DNA of 63,097 nucleotides, counting the filler, from Octopus bimaculoides (Eukaryota), in NCBI RefSeq assembly GCF_001194135.2. It is 4 parts of 4 records of this genome, joined end to end, with 100 filler letters (N's around TTAATTAATTAA, not from the genome) between each part and the next. Parts side by side here need not be neighbours in the genome. Positions count along the whole stretch, not along the records: positions 1 to 26,843 come from NC_068989.1; 3 more parts are not named here. The stretch is one strand, 5' to 3'. Of the stretch, positions 1 through 14,387 are shown piece after piece; position 1 is the first letter of the stretch, and every line of letters starts with the position of its first letter. The notes under the pieces are model-generated. The model saw only the letters and a list, made by a program, of their open reading frames with translations, ran no database searches and had not been told where the DNA came from. The translations under genes were made by a program, and so were the position numbers.

Positions 1-420
1 GGCAAATAGACCAGATATAGTTGTCAAAGATCATGAAGAAAAAAATGCTTTCTAATTGACGTATCAATACCAGCAGATGACAACGTTTCCCTAAAAGAAA
101 TGGAAAAACTTTCAAAATACAACGACCTGGAAATAGAGGTAACTCGAATGTGGAATCTAAAAACAGAAACAATTCCTATCATAGTAGGTGCCTTAGGTAT
201 AATAAAAAAATATTCAGACAAATATATAACAAAATCACCAGGACTTACAAATATATATAACATACAGAAAATTGCACTACTGGGCACTGCGCACATCCTA
301 CGCAAAACACTTTCAATACAGTAACCATAAAAATATCACAGCAACCACAGCACATACCCAAGGCACACAGAGCTGCGCTCGGTAGTGAAGTGAAAGCACG
401 TTATAAAAATATAACTACTG
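1..420 (+). mobile_element. 3' end of R4/Dong-like (RLE-type) non-LTR retrotransposon, copy 1; frameshifted
   Basis: Translates to RPDIVVKD..LIDVSIPADDNVSLKEMEKLSKY.DLEIEVTRMWNLKTETIPIIVGALG, a restriction-like endonuclease (PD..D..K) motif. There is a 1-nt frameshift in the A-run near 41-45. A 3'UTR follows and ends in (AAT)6 at 424-441. Confidence 0.88.
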
Positions 421-441
421 AACAATAATAATAATAATAAT

Positions 442-1500
<1,059 letters not shown>

Positions 1501-1619
1501 TGATCTCACATTTTATCGAACCCAAAGGGGAAATTGCAATGTCGGAATTTGAACTCAGCGTGTAAAGACGGGAGATACCTCTACACATTTTTCTCTGCGT
1601 GCGATTTTTTCGATAATAA

Positions 1620-1690
<71 letters not shown>

Positions 1691-2085
1691 GCAGTAATGG
1701 ATTCATAGCACTTGAAGACTTTTGGATACCTAAGTTTACAAGTTGTAACCCGATACCTACATATATATTACCGGGAATAAGACCGAACTTCAGCCAAACT
1801 AAAATAATAATAATGCTTATGATAATGATGATGATATGCCAGTTGTTATAGGGTGGGGGGTCACTTAGATAGAACCCTAACAACCAGGTTTGAGAAATAT
1901 TTTGCAGAAACTAGAATCGACATAAGGGTAGAACATGCTCAAAATCCGTTCAACTGAGGATAGCGAGGAATACGAGAGTAGCATGCTTTGTGAGACCTTT
2001 CACAACAGGTTACTGCCTTCTCTTGCAGAATTAACTGGAGCAAGTGAAATCGTGAGCTCTGAGACGTAAAATGGAAATAATAAAG

Positions 2086-2298
2086 ATAATCCTTTCTACT
2101 ATAGGCAAAAGGCCTGAAATTTTGGGGGACGGTGATGTCAATTACATCGACCCTGGTGGTACTAATTTTAACGATCACGAAAGGATGAAAAGCAAAGTCA
2201 ACTTCCGTGGATACTGAACTCAGAACATAAAGATGCATGAAATGCCGCTAAGCATTTATTCCTGGCGTGCTAAAAATTCTGTCAGCTCAGCACCTTAA
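2086..2298 (-). mobile_element. tRNA-derived SINE, family S1
   Basis: Reverse complement of the family at 7111-7325 (head GGCGGCGAGCTGGCAGAA-like, B-box GTTCAAATTCC-like). Confidence 0.8.
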
Positions 2299-4126
2299 TA
2301 ATAACAAAAAATAATTAAAAGAAGTAAATTAACAATAACAGTAATCTGTATCGCATTTATCCAAACCAATTTTTTAAAATAAATTAATTAAATAGTGTCA
2401 TTCGTAATATCTAAATTAAAATATCTGCAGATGTTACTTTCCATAAAAAAAATAAACGATATTTGACAAAAATTATTCCTTGCAGCTTAAAATTAAACAA
2501 GTTAGCAATGCGTGTCTTTAGAGTAAAATATAGTGTAAAAATTTACAAATGCTTCCCATTTAATACTTTTCAGTTATTTCAGCAATTCTAAATTTTTCTG
2601 AAGAAATAAAATACAGGATGACCATTATGCGAATATTTGCCTGAGATAATATTATAATGTCATGGAAGATCTACCATACGTATTTTTATGATGTAACTGT
2701 TTCGTGGCATCATATATCTACTTTACTCGCTTTGATACTAATGTAAATTAACATACTAAAATGCCGTGTATTTTTGGACTTATAAAAATGGTAAGCTTTG
2801 TCTACAAATGGATGCAACTAATGTCATATGTTCTGAATAATGATCAATAAAACTTCCTCGGAAATTGACAATCTCGAGTATGTCTCACTGCAAGCCATGA
2901 GTTGGTGGCACTCATTCGTTTTTACGTCTCTATCCTTAAGACTTAAGTCGTTTGTAACTATTACTTAACTTGAATTGTATTGAACGGCATGAAGGATTAT
3001 TCCCAAATTTTCCTGATCTAATTTCCCGTGATACAACGATTTTCGACAAAATTCATGTTTTGGAACAAAACTACATCAATAACTTCTCCGACATGTTCAA
3101 CTACACTTTATAGCAAGATGCATACTGTTTTATTTCTGCTTGCTCGACAGAACCATCGCAAGAAGTCTATTGAAATGTTGACCTAATAAGTTTGCTTCTC
3201 CCCGAAAACATTTTATGCCAATGAATATCACTTTCAAATAAGTGTTAGCAAAATATTCTATGACAGAAAGATAATGAAAGGTCGGTTCAACTTTACAAAT
3301 TTATGAACTCCAAATTCTGAGAGTTCCCTCATCCATTCCAACAACTACTAAAGATAGGTGAATTTATCAGCTCCGTGTAGTATACGTTGGAGGACGTCAT
3401 TTATCTCACAGACACAGGAAAATATTTTGTGTGCGTGTATGTGTGTGTGCGCGTGTGTGCCGTAAATGTTTCAAAATTCAACACAGTAGAATGGTTCACC
3501 AATATAAATTTTGCTTAGATATACTATTAATGAATTCAATATTTGTCTGTTGCTGTCACTTTGTATAAAGCAAAATGTATACCAATTCTAGGTTATTTCA
3601 GAGTTGAGGAATGACACTATATACCATCGAAAGTAGATGTTTCCGATGTCAGGGGATATACTGATGTTTATCTTCATACTACATCAAATACCAGACTAAA
3701 GTCTAGCAAACTAACCTTAATTAGTAATAAAACAAATACTTACATCTAATGCAAATAACGGCTGACATCGTTGTGAAGCAATATATTAATCGATATCAGA
3801 GTACATGATAATATCATTAAGCAAAATACACTTAATTAATATGATGAATTCGCTGTCGTGAAGATATATGTAAATATCAAGCAGAATATACAGCTAGGCG
3901 TAAAATATATTCACTAAATAAGGAAAGAGCTGACGGAAAGAGCGAGTTTACATGAGGTTTTCAATGGCTGTCGATGATGTCAATAATAAGAGATTCACGG
4001 AATAGTTGAAGAGATTTCCTTGCTGACATTTTTACTTGATATACTTTTACTTGTTTCCAATTGTTTCTAGCTTTTGTATTCTAGGACACCTAATATATCT
4101 TGAGGTGCGATATATATATATTTATA

Positions 4127-5162
4127 CAGGGGGTGGACAAAATAATGGAAACACCTTATAATTTCAAACAAATTTATCTTAATATGGGGTAGGACCGCCC
4201 CTGACAGTAATAACAGCTTGGATTCTACGAGGTATGGAGACGTACAAAGTTTGAATTGAATCCAAAGGAATTTTTCTCCATTCTTCAGCTAAAATAGTCT
4301 CCAGTTCTTGTAGTGCTTATAGAGGAGGATATCGACCCCTTACTTGCTTTTCTAAAATGCACCATAAATGTTCAATAATATTGAATAAAAAATCTGGGGA
4401 GTGAGGTGGCCAGATAAGATGTTCGACTTCACTAGAATGTTACTCGTGGCATTCAATAACAACAGTAGCTGTGTGAATTGGCGCAATATCATCCTGAAAT
4501 ATTGCGTTTCTCTCCGGAAACAGTTCCGCAACCATAGGCTGAGTTTGATCGGATAAAATGCTTGAATAGTCTTGACTATTAATTCTTCCATGAAGGTAAA
4601 CCATTGGGCCGGCAAATTTCCAAGATATAGCCACCCAGATCATCACAGATCCTCCTGCGTCTTTAACAGTTGGAAGAAGGCACTGTGGCTCAAATGCTTC
4701 TTTTGGCTGTCTCCACACGTATAATCGGCTGGTGGTCGGAAATAAGGTAAAGGATGACTCCTCCGAGAAAATAACATTCTTCCACTGCTCTAGGGACCGA
4801 TTCTGTAGGGTTTTTACTCCACTCTAAAGGCTTTGCAACGTTTGTTTTTGAAAGTAGTGGTTTTCTGATTGCAGCCCTCCCGTCAAATCCAGCTTTGTGC
4901 ACCTCCCAGCGACAAGTTTTAGGCGAAATTGAGTTCTCGAAGTAGTCCTTAAGCTCGGCAGTAATTTTCGGAGCTGTACTTTTGTGATCCTTTCTAACAA
5001 TTGGCTTAAGAGTCCGATGGTCCCTATCGAAAGTTTTAGTATTTTCTTCCGGAGTTTTGTTTCGACGAGGAGGTTTTACCCTCTTTCTCAAAAGCTGTCA
5101 TTACTTTCGAGATAGTAGTTCTTGATGCACCAAACATTTCGGCTGTTTCCTTATGCTAGCGC
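4127..5162 (-). mobile_element. Tc1-family transposon A, decayed transposase, lacking its own 5' end
   Basis: TA followed by TIR CAGGGGGTGGACAAAATAATGGAAACACC at 4127. Minus-strand pieces read KTAEMFGASRTTISKVMTAFEKEGKTSS (HTH), GRAAIRKPLLS, GGSVMIW, FQDDIAPIHTA and ..RGGPTPY*, with the stop at 4179-4181. Confidence 0.92.
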
Positions 5163-5727
5163 ATGTCTGTGTATGTCTGCCACAGGACCCGGAGAAATGT
5201 TTTTATGTCAGGGAAGGATGAATTCAGCTACGTATGTTTCTATGTTATTGGATGTTTTAGAGCCATTGAGTGCTAAATTGCATCAAGAAGTGTCGAAAAA
5301 CAGTGTTATCTTTCAACCGGGCAGCGCTCCATGTCCTACAGCAAAGATTACTCGTCAATGGTTTGAGACACAGGGTACTGTTCCGAAGGACTGGCCAACT
5401 CAAAGACCCGATCTAAATACGATCGAACACCAATGGAGAACTCTTGGTGAAACGATCAGGAATACAACAATTAAAAATAAAGAGCATCTGTATCAAACTT
5501 TGAGAGGAGAATGGAGTAAAATTGCGCCCAGCACCTGCCAGAAACTAGCTGATTCAATGCCTAACCGTATAAAAGCGGTAATTGATGCTAAAGAAAGGTC
5601 AACAAGATATTAAGACTAATGTGTATTGTAAATTATACCATAATCTATTATGTGCACGAGTTTCATTAACATTGAGATAGCAGAACCCAAAGACATTGGG
5701 GTGGCCCAATGCTTTTGTTCAAGGCTG
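5163..5727 (+). mobile_element. Tc1-family transposon B, 3' half of transposase plus terminal repeat
   Basis: Translation: MSATGPGEMFLCQGRMNS..IFQPGSAPCPTAK..WPTQRPDLNTIEHQW..SMPNRIKAVIDAKERSTRY*. Ends in GGTGGCCCAATGCTTTTGTTCAAGGCTG followed by TA at 5728-5729. Confidence 0.9.
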
Positions 5728-5744
5728 TATTTATATAAATATAT

Positions 5745-5900
<156 letters not shown>

Positions 5901-6755
5901 ATCGAAATGAGTCAATGAAGATGATCAACCGGATATCCAAGGATACTGACGCCTACACTGTAATCATCTCAGGTATACGGAAAGTGATATCAAAAGTCAT
6001 GTGATCTGTCGAAACGTGCGTAGCGATGCATTAACTGTTTATAAACTCCATCATAGTATTATTGTTATTATTATATTAATTCTGCATTATATTGGTATAA
6101 CTTGATGCAACCACTAAAAACTTACTCACTAGTCAGCATCAGTAGACGGTGGCCGGCAGAATGGATTAGGATCTGTATTTGCATATTCAAAAACGTTACC
6201 ATAAACAAATTTAAATGATACTCACAAATACACATGCGCCCACGCAAGCAAACAAGAAGGCATAGATTTATGCAGGCAACCATCCATACGTTATAGATAA
6301 GAACACGATACAATATTAAATATATCCATCTAACAGTTTATTTCTAATTTATGAACTACTTGTGATCTTGTTTACCCTTTTGTGGAATTCGACATAAAAT
6401 ATTTGCCAACAACAATATTCCCACCTCACCTACCTATATATAGTTATATCCAATTACCAATCGTGAATATGAAGTATACATTTATACAGTGAGAATTGAA
6501 TGTCTGTATAGAAAGTTTAGTTAATATAAAAGTAGCATAAATTGTCTCGGTGGGGACATTGATTCAAGCAATCTTTCGTTGCCAAGTAATACATCTGAAA
6601 TTTAACGTGTCGTTCTTATTGGCGAAGATGCGAAGGCAGATATCGTTGATTATGAAAATAATGCAGAAAATAACAGAATACGCACATGTTCAGACATTTT
6701 AGTCTAACAAAGTAGTCAACCACCAAGCCAATTATTTGTTTAGCCTCATACTTAC

Positions 6756-6970
6756 CAATCAAGGATTGCATATATGAATATGCGCCAATACCATATTCAC
6801 TAGGATTCGAACCTTCACGTAAGCGCATAGACAAATGACAAGTAATACAGAGCCTAATTGCAAGCATAGCTCTGCAGGATCTTTCTCCGTCTATTTTATC
6901 AATTTGATAAGGGCTGTTTATACGAATGCTGTTATAGACTTTGGTTGTAGCCGAGAACAAATTATCTATA
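6756..6970 (-). other. Candidate coding exon of an unidentified gene or pseudogene
   Basis: Open frame of ~72 codons ending exactly at a G|GTAAGT donor. The acceptor is weak and no protein family was recognised. Confidence 0.25.
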
Positions 6971-7110
6971 CTGGAAACTGCCTATACCTCAGGCTTTGTA
7001 AAATAGTTTGAAACGTATCTAATATTAGCACTTCTCTCCAATTTCCATAACCTCCAACCTATGTCTGTCACGGTGAATGATATACTTCCATAATATCTTA
7101 TCTTTAAATA

Positions 7111-7325
7111 AGGCGGCGAACTGGCAGAAACGTTAACACGCCGGGCGAAATGCTTTGCAGCAAGTCGTCTGTCTCAATGTTCTTAGTTCAAATTCCCTCG
7201 AGGTCGACTTTGCTTTTCTCCCTTTCGGGATCAATAATTTAAGTACCAGTTGCGTAGTGGGGTAGATCCAATGGACTGGCTCCCTCCAAAACATTTTCGG
7301 GCCGTATGATTAGAGTAGAAAACAA
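7111..7325 (+). mobile_element. tRNA-derived SINE, family S1, near full length and CpG-rich
   Basis: A-box-like GGCGAACTGGCAGAAACG and B-box-like GTTCAAATTCC. Related copies occur at 2086, 30311, 33316 and 34557. Confidence 0.85.
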
Positions 7326-8471
7326 TATCTCCTTTTAAATATTTCACATCTTCTAAAACTATAAACTCCAAATTTTTTATAGCTACATCGGTGATACTTG
7401 GTTACAACAAATTTGTTTCGTGCTTTTTTATTCTAAACATTTAGTAGTTTCCATGGCCGCAATTAATTAGACCAAAATTGAAAACAGGTTTCGACTTATA
7501 ATAAATAACTAATTTTTAAAGATTATGCAGAGCATCAATTCAATTTAAAGAGGAACAAAATTTTTGCATATTTATATAATCTGTTACAGATATATTGAGA
7601 ATGCAAGAAGTTGTAATTACTGTTGTTTATATGTGGCGGTGTATTTTTGCAATAACAAGGCCTCTTGCTGGTATGGTTCTAGGAAACGTTGATTACATTT
7701 TGTCAAATTATGTTTTCAACACCTTGCATTTGTGAGAGTTTCGACTACGTTCCCTTTCTTTGATGCTGTTATCATATATGTAAGAATTAAGACTATAGTT
7801 ACCAGAAAAATAGAACGTAAATCAGGAATGAACATGTGATCCTCAGAAATACGACATATGGTTGTATCCGTGTTGGTACTTAAAATGGTCGTATATATTC
7901 TGTTTCTCTATACTTTTATCTGTATTATATACTCAGTATAGTCTTTAAAACTACATTAAAAATTTAAAGTCATTCATCATGGATCAAAACTTGTTTTAAT
8001 TTTTGTATTCATTCATCTGTATCAGCGGTTCACAAATAAGATTTTGTTGTTAAAATCTATTGGCAATAAAATTGGTTGTATTTATACAAAACACAAAATA
8101 TTTTAGCAATTTCTTTAGATTGATTCATAATAATATTTAATTATATAAATTATCTTTTTTAAAATATCGAATTGATAGGAGGGTACATCTGTATATCTGA
8201 GTATAATAGGAATCAAAGGGGCCAATAGGCAAAAAAAAAAAATGGATTAGAAACACTCATTTACATAGAAGACAAAAACCTCCTAAAGCTGGCATGCAGT
8301 TTTACACGTTCGGCAAAGACGTTTTAACATCATAATATTTCATTTTTTGATGTAGCAATTCTATGCTCATTTCCCTTATATATACATACATATATATATA
8401 NNNNNNNNNNNNNNNNNNNNNNNNNNNNNNNNNNNNNNNNNNNNNNNNNNNNNNNNNATATCTGTGTGTGT

Positions 8472-8516
<45 letters not shown>

Positions 8517-11500
8517 AGCAATAGTTTTGTTACTTAAAGTGAGGATAAATCACCGATTAGCTGCAGAAACAAATGCTTTCCGGTTTGGGAGATTGTTAGA
8601 GCACATTATTAAAATGTACATTACATTTCGTAGTTAATGTTGGAATTAATAGAGAGTTTATACAATTTTGCATTAGAGTTAACTTGTTCCAAAGATCAAG
8701 ACTGTTTTGAGGTATTACGTAGTATAAAGGTGTTATTCTCTAGGACTAGTTCTGATAATGGTTCAATATATATTGCACAATACAAGAATATCTCATAAAT
8801 GTTATATTCTCTGCAGCTGTTAAAGTTTTAGTATTTAAATCTCTAAACTTATTTGAGTAAATGTGGTGTTCTTAGTAAAATTTAACGATATTATACACGT
8901 GCGTGTGTGTGAATATAAATTCATGTATAATATATGAGCATATACATGTATTTGTGTGTCTCTGTGTGTAGGAATATATACATATATAGATGTAGATAGA
9001 AAGCAAGCATATAAGCTTTTCTCAGAGCGTATTAGTGTGAGTTAGTATGTATGAATTATGTTTTCAGCACGAACAACGATCATTTAGTGTTTTATCTTAT
9101 ATTTTAATTGGTGTCTGTTGACTTAAATGTAGTGTAGTGTATGACTAAAATATAACGGTTCAAGAGAACCATATTAACTCTAGTGTGTTAACAAGTGAAC
9201 CGGCACAAAGACCGCGCCAGGCTTTGCTATAAATGATAAAGTAAATTATATTGAATTGTCCGATTAATTAGATTTTAATTATAGATTTTAGGTCAACGGA
9301 TATTTGGCGTTTGAGTTCAAGATTTGCCAGGATCAATTATTTTATCGTCTCTATAAGATTGAAAATTTTAGTGCCAGTAACTATGATATAGTAGAGCATA
9401 ACTTTTAACGTGTAGTCAGAATATAAACTTAGTTGCAAGGCAATATTTGATCCAAAGGGAAATAACGAAACCTCATGCATCGATATTACTGACGAATACG
9501 CAGTTGCTAAGGTTTAATTGGAATCATTTCATCAAAAAACTCTATTAAGTGACACATATATATTTACTGGTGCACCAATACCACATAACATATTGTTTAT
9601 TTATAATATTGCTGCTCTAGCTACCTCTATTAAATCTATTCTATATTCAGACAGATTATAACAAGGACTACAAATCCTTCTTTTTAATAATGAAGGGTGT
9701 AATGTGAAGGAGATTCTGTTTCTAGTAATTCGTATAACCTCAAGAGGCACCCTTATTGGGCAGCTGTTTTCAACGTTAGCTGCACCCTCATAAAATAGTA
9801 AAAAATAAGTAAATGAATTCAGTAGAGAAAATGATATTCAGTTTGTGGTGAACATTCCTTCCGATGACTTTGCATATTTTTGTGTCTAGGATTGTAGTAC
9901 ATTAAATATAATAATATGAAAAATAAGAAATATTCTCTTAGAAACCTAACTCTTTACTGAAGTTTTAAATATATTTTAGTTTAAATTTAGCATTATTTTA
10001 ATTCGAATTTCATACTATTGAGAATCAAATTTATATATGTTAAAATAAAATATGGAATTGGGAATAAACATGAAACAGTATGTAGATGCTAAAACTGTGT
10101 GAATAGCACAGAATATTGATAATACTCATATCATATTATAATAGTTTGCATTGATGTGAATTCTGTTTAGTAAAACTTGTTTATATAAAGCAGATGCCTC
10201 GAAATACACTTGTCAGGCTTATTTTGTATCTAATACTTTGCTGCAGAGACCTCAAGTGTAAACCATATGAGCATTATAACTTTTAACATGAAAAATAATA
10301 TTTCAAAAGATACCTATAGGTGAAGTAAACAATAACATTATAACATAATCGTAAATAATATTAAAAGTGATTTTTTTTCTCTAAATTTAAATTGAAAAAA
10401 GTTGCATAAAAGTTTTAATTGCTATGAGGATATTTATAATACAGCTATTCTTTTTTCTTGCTTTCAGTTACTTACTAAAACTCAGAAGTTGTAAATTTAT
10501 ATAAAAATTATATTGGAAAGAGACATTAAAACGTTTTCAAAATGTCATATACTAAAACATAAGAAAATTTGTTCAAATGTCCATGATGGATTGCATTAAT
10601 AATAGGTTATAATAATCAGTAATCACACCAGTCATAGGAAGTTTAGGTCCCTTTAGTTTCAAGTTTAACTCAGCCTTTGAAATTACTTATTACACGCGAA
10701 ACACGCTTCCTGAATGTTTAGACATTAACAGAAAACATATATTACATACATTCTTGTGCCTATTAACTTAGAGAGACAGGAACACCTATAATCGGAGTGA
10801 AACATGTAGATATTTCGATGTTCCCGTTTTCTTCAATAATATCTGCGTACAAACGAATGTATCGCAGGCTCTGTCAGTTATAGCTTTTTTTAGCATTCCT
10901 AATGATGGACGTAAAAGTAATTGCGACTACGCAGATCGTAACGTATTCAGAGAGGCGGAATCCAAGATTTTTACGGTTAGTTGTACATGAAGCGGATCAT
11001 TTGAGCAAGTCCTGTTTATTATTATTTCATTGCTGTTTTAGAAAGTATTATTTGTTGGTTTTATGTTTTGTTAAGGCGTTTATATCTTTTCTTGCGAAAG
11101 TTATAGTAATGTACCTGAGCTATATTATTAAACGTGTTAGAACTTTAATGAGTATGCTTATGCATCGAATACTGTCGCTGGAAATGATAAATTCTGGTTT
11201 AATTACGTGGAACTTAGACTTTCCATTTGAATGATTAACCGTTTTTACCAGTTACATATCATAAGATGTCACGCAGTGAGAACGTACACACGAGCTGATA
11301 CTTCAAAACGAAACAGTCTGACCACTTTATGATGAATTATGATTGATAATATATTTAGTTTTTGTCGTATGTATTAAACTTGGAATATGTGCGTTTCTGA
11401 TTTGAGTCACTTTTTTTTTTTTTTTTTTTTTTGAGAGCCATTTTTTCACAAAGAGATGTGATTTATATTAAGGTATATCAACTCACACCGATATACATTA

Positions 11501-11690
11501 GGAAACTGTTGGAGGAACTTTCCTGGGCGATACTCTCCGCCTTCTTGTTATTTATTAATTGTTTTCTTTTATTTGCTACTCTTGGAGTGTAGAGTTTCTT
11601 AGGTTCATTTCTAACATTGAGATAAGATTGTTATAATTTGAGATATTGTTTCTATGTTTGCTAAATTGTTATTATTTAGCATGTCACATT

Positions 11691-11772
11691 ACTATAATAA
11701 TGCGAATCTGAGGGATAAGCCAGTTGATAACACTATTATAATGCGAATCTTAGGCTCAAGCCAGTTGATAAC
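11691..11772. repeat. 41-bp tandem duplication
   Basis: ACTATAATAATGCGAATCTGAGGGATAAGCCAGTTGATAAC followed by ACTATTATAATGCGAATCTTAGGCTCAAGCCAGTTGATAAC. Confidence 0.9.
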
Positions 11773-12746
11773 AATGCGATAAGACATTTTTTTAGCTAAG
11801 GAAGTTCCTGATGTTTGTAAATATGCGGTGTTTGTTGAACTGACGATGCATTCAAACCAAGGGCTAAATGTGTTTATCAATTCATTGAAAATATTTCAGA
11901 GAGAGAATCTTTGGCATGTCATACAGATTTCCACTTTGTCACGAATGGATTGAATTTAGAGAATGCACGTTAGTCAGTTTCTTTCGTCTTTCTTCGAAAA
12001 ATATGGTATTTCTTGGATTTTGTGCAAATATTGAGATGCGCGACTAAATGCACCTACGAAAATAAACTGAATTAAAATGTATCATCGGGATACATTCACC
12101 ACAAATGTACTCTTTGCCTACACTTTTGATGGTACGTTCTCAATCGCTGGGCAGCTGACTTCTACAGCAGTTCATGTACGTCCGTACGCGTGCTTGTATA
12201 TATGTATGCATGTATGTATGTATGTATGTATGTATGTATGTATGTATGTATGTATGCATGTATGGTGGTATGGATGGATGGATGTATATAAGTATCTACG
12301 TATGAATGTATGTATGTATGTGTATATGCTCATATTTGCCCATACATATCTGTACATTAATTGCAATCACTTGTAGATTTTTCCTTAAAATCGTATGAAT
12401 GTATGGCAATACCAGTGCGTGCTTGCGTGCAGTTTATATGTGTGTGTGTGTGCTTACGCGCGTGTACGTGTGTGTGTGCATGGATATATGCGTCTGCTTG
12501 TAATTGCTGAAAGCAGATCTGTTTATGCTTTCTCTCACAATATAAAGAAGAAAATCTTTTCTCGGAAGTCCATATTCAGACATCAAGCAGAATTAATGGA
12601 TTCCCCAATTAATGAATGTACCAGAAATTTTCTTTCCAAGCAACCTGACAATAAATTGGCATATTACCAGTTTTAGCAGACACAATTGTAGAATCTTCCT
12701 CTCAAGGACATGCTGTGTATATCAATTATTTCCAATTCTATCTTAC

Positions 12747-12906
12747 CTGACAAACGGTAAGGCATCATTATCGGACGTAGAAAAATGACAGCCATGATCA
12801 AATGGCTCGCTGGCTGACTGGTTGGCGTCAGTAAAAGCAGGTAACTGTCGTATTTTCTCTTTAGAAGTGCGAATAATATATATATTGATGAATTTATCTC
12901 CTTCAA
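12747..12906 (-). other. Candidate exon
   Basis: Flanked by a ..CACTAG acceptor and a CAG|GTAAGA donor; two frames are open across it. Confidence 0.28.
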
Positions 12907-13029
12907 CTAGTGGTATCATATACAGGAGTAAATTGGTAGAAAACAACTAAGAAATTCATGCATCCATACAATTGGTGCTATAACTTTTATCTATTGATCC
13001 ATCTAAGCATTTAAATAGATAGAGCAAAC

Positions 13030-13030
<1 letters not shown>

Positions 13031-13111
<81 letters not shown>

Positions 13112-13321
13112 GGCAGAGAGAGGAAGAGAAAGAGCGAAGGAAAGAGAAAGAGCAAAGGAAAGAGAAAGAGCGAAGGAAAGAGAGAGAGACTGCGACAGAA
13201 AGAGGCAGACAGAGGAATAAACAGGCAGCAGACAGGCATACAGATAGACATACAGATAGATAGACAGTCAGACATACAGACGGATAGATAGATAGATCGA
13301 TAGGCAGACACATAGACAGGC

Positions 13322-13352
<31 letters not shown>

Positions 13353-13430
13353 AAGAGAGAGAGAGTGAGAGACAGGCAGACAGACAAGCAGGCATGCAGA
13401 CCGACAGACAGATAGGTATATATCGTGCAT
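13031..13430. repeat. (GATA)n / (GA)n / (GACA)n compound microsatellite
   Basis: Directly visible. Confidence 0.95.
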
Positions 13431-14092
13431 GTTTATGTGTGTTTATGTTGTGTGTTATATTGGTAAAATTTATGTTTTCAACCTGACCACACCCTGTCGC
13501 TGATACTTTTGAGAATGTAAATACTTTTGAGGATGAAACATTAGAATTTTAATATTATGCTAACACATACACAAACTACTCCCACCTCACACGCATACAC
13601 AAACACACTCTCTCTCACATACGCACACTCACGCACATACATGAATGTATTTGAATGTCACCGTGAGTTTCTGAATACGATCTCCTATTTATCTGGTAAA
13701 TCACGAATGCGCATGTCATTTATTGAGCAGAGGTGAAAAAATATCTGACGTGGTTGTGTAGTGAGAAGTTTATTCCCCAATAACTTGTTTCCGATTTCAG
13801 GTCCACTACACTGTTCCGGGTCGTTTGCGTTTGTACCCAACACTGCTTGACAATTGGTTCTGACTTGTTTCCGTCAGTATATCAGAGTGGTTCGGCAGGA
13901 CAGTACAATAGAATGAGTACCAAGATTTCAAAAACACAGACTTGCATTTGCTCGACCGAGACCATTGAAGGCAGTATTCCAGTATATCCACAGTCTAATG
14001 AAAGAAACAAGTAGAAGTTAAAGGATAAATGTATAATATACACAGAAGTTATACAAGGATGGAATTTCACAAGCTTCAAAGAAAATACTTAC

Positions 14093-14387
14093 AGTGATGT
14101 GTATCCGAACATGAATTAAAATATCTACTGAGATCAAAGTTGGTTATGCGTTCATAGAGAGGTGTGCAGTTAATATCCAACCAAACTTCACAGTTTTCCC
14201 CATCTACTAGTGCTAAGAAACAATTTCTGCAGCTCTTGCTGGTCTGAATTACATATGCAATCTCTGAGTGTCTTTTCAATATAATATCTGGTTTAAAAAC
14301 TAGCCACATCAGACGCCATCTAAGGTGTAAGTATAAGAGGTGGTCAGACTCTACATGAGGACTAAACAACCACCGTATATATATTCT
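14093..14387 (-). other. Candidate coding exon (98 codons) followed by a canonical 98-nt intron (14092-13995)
   Basis: TTTCAG acceptor and one fully open frame (RIYIRWLFSPH..SCRNCFLALVDGENCEVW..SDTHH). GTAAGT donor, then a long pyrimidine tract and TAG acceptor. No family recognised. Confidence 0.35.

Noticed and set aside
5985-6030. GTCGAAACGTGCGTA resembling the 3' half of a hammerhead
   Set aside because: No CUGANGA core or stem I upstream.
7590-7780. Plus-strand exon-like segment with hydrophobic or Cys-rich translations (also 14884-15050, 20750-20860, 3000-3400)
   Set aside because: Every frame has in-frame stops and no recognisable family; cannot be distinguished from chance.
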